This document shows positions 10,645-19,336 of a stretch of DNA of 64,000 nt, piece by piece. Made by a program: the position numbers and the translations under genes. Positions within the stretch are counted from its first letter, which is position 1; the number at the start of each line of letters is the position of its first letter. The stretch comes from an uncultured Planctomycetota bacterium (lineage in GTDB: Bacteria; Planctomycetota; Planctomycetia; Isosphaerales; Isosphaeraceae): NCBI GenBank assembly GCA_963845755.1, contig CAWJTV010000003.1, forward strand, positions 32,001 to 96,000, in the 5' to 3' direction. The notes beneath the pieces were generated by a model. That model was given only the letters and a program-made list of their open reading frames with translations, did not search any database and was not told the DNA's origin.

Positions 10645-12285
10645 TTGATCCCGACCATTCCGAACCATCCCGATCAAGCCGCCAGCAACGCCGCTCCCTC
10701 CGCCGAGGTCCCTCCTTCTCGGCTGGGCTGGTTGGTCGTCGTGATGCTGACCGCCACCTTGACGGCCGTGTCCACCTATCAATCGTTGCGGCGTTATGAG
10801 GAGTTGCGCAGCGGCTGGTCGTGGGACCTGGCCTATTACAACCAGTGGTTCTGGGCGCTGACCCAGGGCGACGGCACGCTGTCGGTCCGGCCGGTCTCCG
10901 CCTATGCCCAGGAAGGGCCGTCGATCTGGAAGATGAACTACCTCGCGCCGATCCGGCTGGCAATCGCCCCGATCTACCGGCTCTTCCCCGATCCGCGGAC
11001 CTTGATCGTCCTCCAGAATGTCGTGTTCTGGTGGGTGGTCCCCGCGGCATACGGTCTGGTGCGTTCGGAGTCGCGCTCGCGGGGCGTGGCCTTGTCGGCG
11101 GCACTCCTGGTGCCGTTGACTCCCCTCTTCTGGCCCCTGGTGTGGAACGACTTCCGCGAGTTGCAGCTCGTGGCGCCGTTCATCTTGTGGGGGATTCAAG
11201 GAGTCCGTGGCCGGTCGGTCCGCCTGGCCGCGGTGGGGATCGGCGGGATGCTCGCCTGCCGTCAGGAGTTCGCCGTGATCGTCGCGACGCTCGCATTCCT
11301 GCCCCCGCGGCGGCCGGAATCGCTGGAGACGACCCTCCGCTGGCGGCGGGCGACCGTGTTGATCGGGCTTTGCTGGATGTTGTTCGGCTTCTTCGGCTAT
11401 TTGAGATTCATGGTCGGCCGGGCGCGCCCGGATGCGTTCATCGACCAGTTCCTCGGGACGAAGGCACCGGTCTCGGAGACGCTCCGAACGTCCGCCGAGG
11501 CCCTGATCCTGGGGATGGGCGGCTGGGCCGTGCTGATGTGCCTGGTGCCCCGGGTGGCGATCCTCGCCGTGCCGTGGATCTGGAGCCTGTGCAGCGGTCG
11601 CTGGGCCATACGGTTCCTGTCTACGCCCGAGTGGCACCACGTGCGATATGCCATGCCGATGGCCGTGATGGTCCTGGCCGCCGGCCTGATCGGTTACGCG
11701 CGACTGGCGGCCTGGCTGCTGCCCCGTCCCGCCGGCCGGGTCTGGCTGGCGATGGCCTGGCTCGCCGCCGTCGCGATGGGTGCCGCCGGCCTGCGAGACG
11801 TCTCCAACCGAATGGCGGCCGTGCCTCGGGTGTTCGAGCCTCAGGAAGCCGGGGAGATCTGGGGGTGGATCCGCCAGGTCAGCCCCGACGACGCCGTGCT
11901 GGCCGACTATGAAGTCTCCGCGCCCCTCTCCTCGCGGCCGTGGCTCTACAGCTACATCATGGACACCAACCTGCCGGACGGGTTTCCCCGGCTCCGTCCG
12001 GAATTCCACTGGCTGTTCGTCCGGAGCGACTATCGGTTGCTCAAAGTCTTGCTGGAACAGGGGTTCGACGTCGTTCACCGCGGACCCTACCTGACAATCG
12101 CCCGCCGCGGGACGATCAACCTGGCGGAAAAAAACGATTTTTTCCGATTTGCGCGAACCCGAAGCCGCGATAAGATGTCTAGGAACTGTACGACCGCTCG
12201 ATCGTCGTGTTCTTCGATCCCGCGCAGATGGGTGATGGTCTGTTCGACCGTCGCCATCCTCCGATCGCGATTCACGACAGGTTAA
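10645..12285 (+). CDS. DUF2079 family polytopic membrane protein (GT-C-like); true stop may be earlier
   Basis: SWDLAYYNQWFW, PIYRLFPDPRTLIVLQ, WNDFRELQL motifs; many TM segments. Confidence 0.8.
   Translation: MIPTIPNHPDQAASNAAPSAEVPPSRLGWLVVVMLTATLTAVSTYQSLRRYEELRSGWSWDLAYYNQWFWALTQGDGTLSVRPVSAYAQEGPSIWKMNYLAPIRLAIAPIYRLFPDPRTLIVLQNVVFWWVVPAAYGLVRSESRSRGVALSAALLVPLTPLFWPLVWNDFRELQLVAPFILWGIQGVRGRSVRLAAVGIGGMLACRQEFAVIVATLAFLPPRRPESLETTLRWRRATVLIGLCWMLFGFFGYLRFMVGRARPDAFIDQFLGTKAPVSETLRTSAEALILGMGGWAVLMCLVPRVAILAVPWIWSLCSGRWAIRFLSTPEWHHVRYAMPMAVMVLAAGLIGYARLAAWLLPRPAGRVWLAMAWLAAVAMGAAGLRDVSNRMAAVPRVFEPQEAGEIWGWIRQVSPDDAVLADYEVSAPLSSRPWLYSYIMDTNLPDGFPRLRPEFHWLFVRSDYRLLKVLLEQGFDVVHRGPYLTIARRGTINLAEKNDFFRFARTRSRDKMSRNCTTARSSCSSIPRRWVMVCSTVAILRSRFTTG
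12182..12207 (+). promoter_or_regulatory. Putative ECF-type promoter (GGAACT-N16-GTCG)
   Basis: GGAACT 12182-12187 and GTCG 12204-12207, upstream of a hairpin-rich leader and an ECF gene. Confidence 0.35.
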
Positions 12286-12376
12286 CCGGGTGTGTTGCCC
12301 GGTCGAATCGAAGTCTCGTAACTCGAACGGACCCATGACTCGGTAACTTGAAAGGGACGATCGTAACGTCCCAATC

Positions 12377-12406
12377 CCCCGTGATGTGACGGCCCGGGGC
12401 TTTTTC
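12377..12406 (+). terminator. Putative intrinsic terminator/attenuator
   Basis: CCCCG...CGGGG stem followed by CTTTTT. Confidence 0.4.
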
Positions 12407-12471
12407 TACCCGCCCCACTGTTGCCTCACTTCCAGATCCCGCCTTTTTTCGGCGGATGCGAGGGTTTCGCC

Positions 12472-13014
12472 ATGATCAACCGCAAGAACCTGACGCTGTC
12501 GGCTCGGACGCTTTCCAACCGGCTGAATCTCGGGACGCGGTCGCTCGCCGCTAATGCGGGCGTCAATCATGGTGCTCTGACCTTGCGCACCCGCACCGCC
12601 TATCATGGCGTCATGCGCGAAGGGATGGTGTGGTATGACGTATTTCCGATTGATGATGCGAGATACGGAATTCCGACCATTCCCGGCTCACTGTTCCAGC
12701 CGCAGCAAAGCCTACCGAGTTGCTTAACCAGGCAACCCGGTCAACCCGCGGAAGGCGTTCGCGTCGAGCTCGATCCGAGGCCGGCAGACCTCGCCGATCG
12801 ACTCGAACGCCGTGTGACAGTCGGAGATCCCCGGTTTCCATCGGTGGCCGTTACCGCTCCGGAGCGACGAATGGAGGAGCGCGTCAGCGGCTCCCTCTCG
12901 CGTTCCGGATGGAAATCGCAGGGGAAACCCGGCTTGAAGCACGCCCCCGGGCGAGCTGCCAAGGCTAAGGCTAAGGCCGTGGTCGCGATAGCGGCCGCGA
13001 ACGTGGGAAAGTGA
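12472..13014 (+). CDS. Hypothetical protein
   Basis: ATG preceded by GAGGG; 180 codons; no recognisable motif. Confidence 0.35.
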   Translation: MINRKNLTLSARTLSNRLNLGTRSLAANAGVNHGALTLRTRTAYHGVMREGMVWYDVFPIDDARYGIPTIPGSLFQPQQSLPSCLTRQPGQPAEGVRVELDPRPADLADRLERRVTVGDPRFPSVAVTAPERRMEERVSGSLSRSGWKSQGKPGLKHAPGRAAKAKAKAVVAIAAANVGK

Positions 13015-13437
13015 GTACCGACCGACCGCTCCTGTCCTGACGACTCCTGTGTCCGCGGCATCCCCTTGCGACCGGCGAGCGACCCGATTTCGGGACGTGA
13101 ACGCCGGGTGAGGATCCGCGGTCCTGATGCCCGAGGCAAAAGCGGACAAATCGGTTGAGTTCGCGCGGTTGGACAGGCTGATCCACCGCGCACGCGCCGT
13201 CTTACTGGTCGCCGCGCCGGAGACCGTCCACGCGTTCGAACGAGGCTACCCACGCCCGGGATGGGAGATCCCGGGAGGCCTCGTCGCGGGGACGGGACGT
13301 TTCCTCCGGTGCCGAGCGTGAAGACGTCCATGATGGCGATGAGTTTCGGCCCGGTTTCGTCGCGCCGACACCCAGGCGGACCTCCCGAACAGGGCCGGGA
13401 CTGGCAGGACCCCCGAAAATCGGGGAAGGCGGTTCAC

Positions 13438-14112
13438 GTGTTGATCACGGAGAGGGATCTGGTTTCGGAGACTCGGGGCTGGGCCGACCTGGCGATCCTG
13501 GTGGGTCGCGCCGAGCGAGGGGACCGCGAGGCGTTCGGCGAGCTGGTCGAGCAGTTCCAGCCGACGGTCTACGCGATCGCGCTGCGGCGGCTGGCCAACG
13601 CCAGCGATGCGCTGGAGTTGACGCAGGAGGTGTTCCTGCACGTGTTGCGCCGGATCGGCCAGCTCCGGGAGCCGGAGCGGTTCGCCGGCTGGCTGCGGCA
13701 GGTCGCCGTGCGCATGGCGATCAACCGGGCGACGCGGCGGGTTGCTCCGCCGAGCGTCGAGTCGGGGATCCTCGAGGGGGCCTCGGAGTACTCCGATGAG
13801 CCGCTCGACCAGTTGATCAGCCGGGAGCGCGCCGAGCGGCTCTGGGAGGCCCTGGGCCGGCTCAAGTCCCTGGACCGCGAGGCCCTGGACGCCTTCTATA
13901 TCCGCGGGCACTCCCTGCTCGAGATCGCCGAGATGCTCAACGTGCCCCTGGGCACGGTCAAGCGGCGGCTGCACACGGCGCGGAAGCGACTGAAGGTCGA
14001 GCTCGAGGCCTTGGTCGCCGACGCCCAGGAGTGGACCGACGGACCGGCCGACGACGACGTTGACGAGTTCGACGAGTCGGAGTCCGAGCTGGTCGGCGCC
14101 GGCGCCTGGTGA
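13438..14112 (+). CDS. ECF RNA polymerase sigma-70 factor
   Basis: GDREAFGELV, ELTQEVFL, FAGWLRQVA (region 2); EIAEMLNVPLGTVKRRLHTAR (region 4); GTG start after GGGGAAGG. Confidence 0.93.
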   Translation: MLITERDLVSETRGWADLAILVGRAERGDREAFGELVEQFQPTVYAIALRRLANASDALELTQEVFLHVLRRIGQLREPERFAGWLRQVAVRMAINRATRRVAPPSVESGILEGASEYSDEPLDQLISRERAERLWEALGRLKSLDREALDAFYIRGHSLLEIAEMLNVPLGTVKRRLHTARKRLKVELEALVADAQEWTDGPADDDVDEFDESESELVGAGAW

Positions 14113-14118
14113 TGATTG

Positions 14119-14144
14119 GCGAGTGGAGCGCTCGCTCCGCTTGC
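14119..14144 (+). terminator. Hairpin downstream of ECF gene
   Basis: GCGAGTGGAGC...GCTCCGCTTGC stem just after the stop; no U-tract. Confidence 0.35.
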
Positions 14145-14259
14145 GGGGTGGCGGGGAGGTCGATCCTTCCCGCCGCCCGACGCCAGTCTCGGCTGAGATG
14201 CCTCGATTTACCTCAAGTGTCCCTCTAGAACGCCAGGCACTGGGTTGGGCACACATTGA

Positions 14260-14456
14260 CGGCGGCCTGTAGGGCCGCCAGGAACCCAGCCCCGGGTGCA
14301 ACCCGGGGACTCGTGCATCCCGCGCCTCCCGCGTGCACCCTGAAGGGGTGCCGGAAGCGTCACCTGCGGCCCTTCAGGTCGCCGGAGATGGGGCTGCCTT
14401 GCTGCGCACCCCGGGTTGCACCCGGGGCTGGGCTCCCGAGGCCCGTTGGGCCGCCG
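14260..14456. repeat. REP-doublet (REPIN-like) palindromic element
   Basis: Perfect 24-bp inverted repeat CCCAGCCCCGGGTGCAACCCGGGG (14285-14308 / 14409-14432), inner CCTGAAGGG/CCCTTCAGG, outer CGGCGGCC/GGCCGCCG. Confidence 0.8.
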
Positions 14457-14700
14457 AAGATCCGCTGAAATCGTGTGCGCAACCCATCTGTTAAGCGCTC
14501 TAACGCACCCGAATCTGAGGAGGGAGTGCTCAATCTCACCGATCCGAGCACTCCGCCTCACGAGGCACCCGTCCGACTCGGCTGGACATGACGGGCTCAG
14601 CCCCCTTTGGACATGACGAGGTCAGACTCCTTTGGTCAGGGTCGCACCGCCTTGGATCGCACCGGTCTGCACGGTACAATCACGACAAAGGGAGCTGGTC

Positions 14701-15435
14701 ATGCCGCTACGCGATCACTTTCGCCCACCGGTCGAAAACCGCCATTCCTGGGACGAGTTGCACGGCGGTTGGCCGATGATCATCGTCCAGAAGCTCTTCC
14801 CGCAATTACCGGACGGATTCGTCGCGGCGCCCGGCGTACATCTGGGTACCGCGTTTGAGATCGATGTTTCGACCTATGAGCAAGATGAACCGGTTGAGGC
14901 GCCGGTGCCGGGTAGTCGAGGCGGCGTGGCCGTGACTACCCACGCGCCACCGTATCCCACGCTGACGCTGGAAACCGAATTGCCCGACCAGGACGAATAC
15001 GAGGTGCGGATCTACGACGATCGTCACGGCCGGCGGTTGGTCGCGGCGATCGAACTGATCAGCCCGTCCAACAAGGATCGTCCCGAGAGCCGGCGCGCCT
15101 TCGTCGGCAAGGTCGGGGCCCTCTTGCAACGCAATGTCTGCGTGTCGCTGGTCAACGTCGTTACGATTCGCGATTTCAATCTCTACGCGGACACCCTGGA
15201 ATTCATCGGCGCCAACGATCCCGCGCTGGGAAGCAAGCCGCCCTCCCTGTATGCGGTGACGATGCGCGGCCGAAAGCGCCCTCGCCGACGGTCGCTGCTG
15301 GAGAGCTGGTTTTACCCAATGCATCTCGGACAATCGCTTCCGACTTTACCGATTTGGCTGGACGTCGATCTGAGCATCGACCTGGACCTGGAATCCAGCT
15401 ATGAGGAAACCTGCCGCTTCCTGCGCATTTCCTGA
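14701..15435 (+). CDS. DUF4058 family protein (PD-(D/E)XK-like, expanded in planctomycetes)
   Basis: MPLRDHFRPP start, FEIDV, LVAAIELISPSNKDRP, LPTLPIWL, LESSYEETC. Confidence 0.9.
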   Translation: MPLRDHFRPPVENRHSWDELHGGWPMIIVQKLFPQLPDGFVAAPGVHLGTAFEIDVSTYEQDEPVEAPVPGSRGGVAVTTHAPPYPTLTLETELPDQDEYEVRIYDDRHGRRLVAAIELISPSNKDRPESRRAFVGKVGALLQRNVCVSLVNVVTIRDFNLYADTLEFIGANDPALGSKPPSLYAVTMRGRKRPRRRSLLESWFYPMHLGQSLPTLPIWLDVDLSIDLDLESSYEETCRFLRIS

Positions 15436-16325
15436 GTGCGGGAACCGGGATCGCGGGGTACCACAAGCCGCGAACCTGCCCGCGATGCCGCGGATCCTGA
15501 ACCCCGGTTGGCTCATGGGGCGAATTTGGTGGCGGCCAGCAAGTCGGGTCTGGCGGCCGGCCGCTCCTCGTCGCAACTTCTGACCACGGGGGGTGTTGTG
15601 CGCGAACGCCGCGCCAACCGACCCGCGGGTGAATTCCCCGGCACCGATCTGGCCACATGAGCCAAAGTGTTACCCTGGAGCCGAGCGATCTGAACCAGGC
15701 CCCTAAACAACAGGCTGAAAATTATTTTGGATTTCTTATCTGCCGCTCGGACTGAGAGTTGCGGCGACTCCCGGCCGAAATCCGCGATAGGTGCATTAAC
15801 GTTTTTCCAAAGTTGAGGCATCCTGAGAGTATGACCCACGCGAGATCACTCCCAAGATTGACGCCTGGACCGCGCCACCCGATCCGGGTGGTCGTCGCAA
15901 CCTGCTTTCAGCAAGAGAGATCGGGGATGGCGACTTTGAAAAAAGATGCCCCATTGTGCCACTTGGCGGCACGCTCATCGGTCGGTGCTGTCCCGGAGCG
16001 AAGCGGTCGAGTCTCCGGTGAGGCCAAGGTAGCCGCCTGGATGAACGCCGGGCGATCAACGGCCGGAGTCGCCACCGCGCGGATCATCCGGGAATCGCGA
16101 CCATTGAGAACTCCCCGGAAGGGGGTTGGCCTGGCGTCATTCGGGACGACAAGAAGGTCACTGCGCAGAGGTGGAGAACGGACACAGATCGATCAGAAAA
16201 GATGAACATAAATTGGCCCATCACCGATCCAACATGCGTTTTCGATGCCATCGGCGCGAACGAAGTCCTGCGTCGCGGCGCATCTCCCTCGGTTCGAGGC
16301 TCGCTCGCCAACGATGGCCCGCCTA

Positions 16326-16709
16326 TCACCCGCCGGCCCGGAGTCGCTCCCGCTCGCCGAGGTATTCGTCCGCCTCGCGGCGATAGCGCCGCGCCCGCGC
16401 GCTCATCCGCGAATAGTCCCACCAGGCCCCTACCACGATCGGCAGCAGGATGATCGCCACGAATTTCAGGCCAACGTCGGGGCGTCCGAAGGCGGTGAAG
16501 ATGGCGAGGATCATCGCGCCCACGATGGAGGGCACCGCAGTCAGAGCCCAGGTCACGCGGCGGTACCGGGCGAGCTGATCCTCGATCGGCTCGACGCCGA
16601 GGCGCAGCCGGCCGAGTTTGCGCTTCCAATATGTCTCGCGGAGGCGCCATTGCGCCTCCAGCTCCGGAAGTGAGGTCGGGGTCGAAGTGTTCGTTTCCAT
16701 GAATTCCAT
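16326..16709 (-). CDS. Small two-TM membrane protein
   Basis: Two hydrophobic segments flanked by charged helices. Confidence 0.7.
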   Translation of the reverse strand: MEFMETNTSTPTSLPELEAQWRLRETYWKRKLGRLRLGVEPIEDQLARYRRVTWALTAVPSIVGAMILAIFTAFGRPDVGLKFVAIILLPIVVGAWWDYSRMSARARRYRREADEYLGERERLRAGG

Positions 16710-16908
16710 TCAACCGCGGGTGGGGGGTCATTTTGGCGGGAGCAGGCTGGGCACGCCGCCGTTTTCGAGGCGGACGTGACCGGGATTCTCGGAGTCTGGG
16801 ACCTCGGTGCTTGCCAGTCGGGTCGAGGCGATCTAAGATAGCGCCTTCGTGCCGACGATCGATGATGATTGTATTCGTGCTCGGGGCTTCGGTCGAGGAT
16901 CCGCCTCC

Positions 16909-17307
16909 ATGTCCGCCCGACTTGTGGCCATCGATGAAGGGCCCGACATCCTGCTGAACCGCCCCATGGTGGTGGTGGGCCGCCATCCCGCCTGCGATGC
17001 GCGGCTGGATTCGCTCCGGGTCTCCCGGCATCACTGCTGCATGACGCTGGAGGACGGCGTCGTGATCGTTCGCGACCTGGGTAGTACCAACGGCATCCGG
17101 ATCAACGGCTTGCGCGTGGAGATCGGCCGGCTGAATGCGGGTGACGAGTTATCAATCGCCCATTTCCGCTACCGGCTCGAGGATCCGCACGATCGCTTCC
17201 GGACGCCACCGCCGATCCCTCACTTCACGCCTCAGCCGGGGCCAGCTAATCCGTGGCTCTGGGTCCGGCCATCGGCCTGGGGCTTTGGGCCGCTGAACAA
17301 GGGTTGA
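16909..17307 (+). CDS. FHA domain protein
   Basis: VVGRHPACD, VSRHHC, RDLGSTNGIRING FHA motifs. Confidence 0.93.
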   Translation: MSARLVAIDEGPDILLNRPMVVVGRHPACDARLDSLRVSRHHCCMTLEDGVVIVRDLGSTNGIRINGLRVEIGRLNAGDELSIAHFRYRLEDPHDRFRTPPPIPHFTPQPGPANPWLWVRPSAWGFGPLNKG

Positions 17308-17587
17308 CCCCATCGTTCGTCGACGGTCGGCCACTTGGCGCTCCCGGCGGTCTGAAGGCCGCGGGGACAAGGCTTGCGCACGCCTTACAAGGTGCCAAGC
17401 GTTTAGGACGACCAAGACCCCGCAATCCGGGGTCCTCGGCACCACACATCCCCAGGCGCCCTGAAGGGCCGCGGGAAACCGATCCTCGGGCCCTTACGCA
17501 AAATCCGTGAACGTCAGAGAATTCTGTATGGCGCGGTCGGTTCGCTGCATTCTCAGGATGGAACGATCAAGACGGGGAGCCACGGCG

Positions 17588-19249
17588 ATGATCCCAGGCA
17601 AGAGTCGTCCGATCACTCGGCAGCTCGAGGAGCTCTGGACCTCCGGGACCCTGACCGGCCTGAGCGACGCCGAACTTCTCGGCCGATTCGTGGGGGCCCA
17701 GGGCCGGGACGCATTGGCCGAGTCGGCGTTCCAGGAGCTGATCCATCGCCACGGGTCGATGGTGCTGGGCGTCTGCCGCCAGATCCTCCGACATCCGCAC
17801 GACGCGGACGACGCGTTCCAGGCGACCTTCCTGGTCCTGGTGCGCAAGGCCCGCTCGATCCGGGTAGGCGATTCGCTGGCCCCCTGGCTCTATGGCGTGG
17901 CCTATCGCACCGCGCAACGGGCGCGGGCTACCGCCGCACGGTATCGCCCGGCCGGCGTCGAGCCGATGGAGGCCCATGGAGCTACGTCCGACGACATCTA
18001 CCAACTCGACCTGCGCCCCTTGCTGCACGAGGAGCTGAATCGCCTACCCGGCAAGTACCGGGATCCGATCGTACTCTGCCACCTCGAGGGCAAGACGCAT
18101 GAAGAGGCGGCCCGGCTGCTGTCGTGGCCGGTCGGCACGGTCAGCGGCCGGCTGTCGCGTGGCCGCCAGATCCTCAAATCGCGCCTGGAACGGCGCGGCG
18201 TGACCGTGTCATCGGCCATGCTCTCGGCCAACTGGCTGGCCGGGACGCCGGTTACCGTGACGCTCCCCTTGATCGAATCCACTCTGAATGCCGCGTTCCG
18301 CCTAGGAGCGGCCACCGCGGTCTCCACCTCCGTCCTGTCTCTGACCCAAGGAGTTCTCAGAACCATGCTGCTCGACAAGCTCAAGATGACCGCGGTCGCC
18401 GTCCTCATTGCGGGTGGAATTACGGGAGGTGTCGGCGTCTGGACCTATCGAGCCTTCGGATCGGCGAGCCCGCCCGCTCAAGACGGTCAGCCGGCACCAC
18501 AGGTCGTTCAGAAGGCGGCATCCGCGCCCGCTCCGTTCCCGAAAGCCCTGACGAAAACATCCGACCTTCCTCAAGGGAAGGCCGCCCGGAGACCTCCCAT
18601 GGAGATGGGCGGCCTGAATGCACCAGGGGGCATCGGATATGATTCTTCTCTGAACGTCCTCAGACACCAGTCGATCATCGTCGCTCAAGGTGAGGACGGC
18701 TCAAGCTGGGAGGCCATAAGCCTGGAGGCGGATCACCCGGACTGGCAGCGGCTGACGGTACCGCCTGAAATCACGGTGTCTCCGTCCTTCGGCCCGGACG
18801 CCGTGGGCCTGTGGCTCAAGGGAAAGTCGATCGACCATGTCGCAGCGTTCAGCAAGTCTCGGGGCACGTGGAGCAAACAGCATCTGCTCAAGCCCGTCGA
18901 GGGTGAGATGAGGCCACTCGTCGGCCCGGGGTATGTCTACTATCAGGCGGGGAACGACATCTATGCCTTCAGTGAAACGGTGGCGAAATGGGGTGTGCTG
19001 CACCTGGAAGGCGATGAGAAAGCCCGGGCCATTTGGTCTCCCAATGGTGTCGAGGTCCAGCAAGGCAACAAGTTGTACATCTTCAGCGTGAAGCACGGCG
19101 AGTGGTCGAAGGGGGTCGCCGTGAAGCGACTGCCACCCCAGGCTCGGAAAGGGACCGATGTTCGCAACGCGTTGCCGAAGGGGGCGACCCGAACGTCTCC
19201 CCGGCTCCGATCGGATTCGTCGAAAGGCGAGTCGGCGCTCCCGAAATGA
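17588..19249 (+). CDS. ECF sigma factor with TM and C-terminal extension
   Basis: SDAELLGRF, RHGSMVLGVCRQIL, DDAFQATFLVL, LPGKYRDPIVLCHLEG, WPVGTVSGRLSRGR; TM near aa 265-290. Confidence 0.93.
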   Translation: MIPGKSRPITRQLEELWTSGTLTGLSDAELLGRFVGAQGRDALAESAFQELIHRHGSMVLGVCRQILRHPHDADDAFQATFLVLVRKARSIRVGDSLAPWLYGVAYRTAQRARATAARYRPAGVEPMEAHGATSDDIYQLDLRPLLHEELNRLPGKYRDPIVLCHLEGKTHEEAARLLSWPVGTVSGRLSRGRQILKSRLERRGVTVSSAMLSANWLAGTPVTVTLPLIESTLNAAFRLGAATAVSTSVLSLTQGVLRTMLLDKLKMTAVAVLIAGGITGGVGVWTYRAFGSASPPAQDGQPAPQVVQKAASAPAPFPKALTKTSDLPQGKAARRPPMEMGGLNAPGGIGYDSSLNVLRHQSIIVAQGEDGSSWEAISLEADHPDWQRLTVPPEITVSPSFGPDAVGLWLKGKSIDHVAAFSKSRGTWSKQHLLKPVEGEMRPLVGPGYVYYQAGNDIYAFSETVAKWGVLHLEGDEKARAIWSPNGVEVQQGNKLYIFSVKHGEWSKGVAVKRLPPQARKGTDVRNALPKGATRTSPRLRSDSSKGESALPK

Positions 19250-19336
19250 CACTCTCCTGGGTCCTTCCGAACTCGTCGCGATTCCCATCGACGGGTCGGC
19301 CATCGAGAGCCGGCCCGCTCGCGTTTCCCGATCCGC

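Noticed and set aside
10168..12336. 722-aa minus-strand ORF (also 19391..20770 +, 20445..22124 +, 60277..61200 +)
   Set aside because: Antisense shadows of recognisable genes in GC-rich DNA, with no motifs of their own.
15436..16320. Gene or ncRNA in the long intergenic region
   Set aside because: Only low-complexity ORFs and no recognisable RNA motif; nothing supportable.
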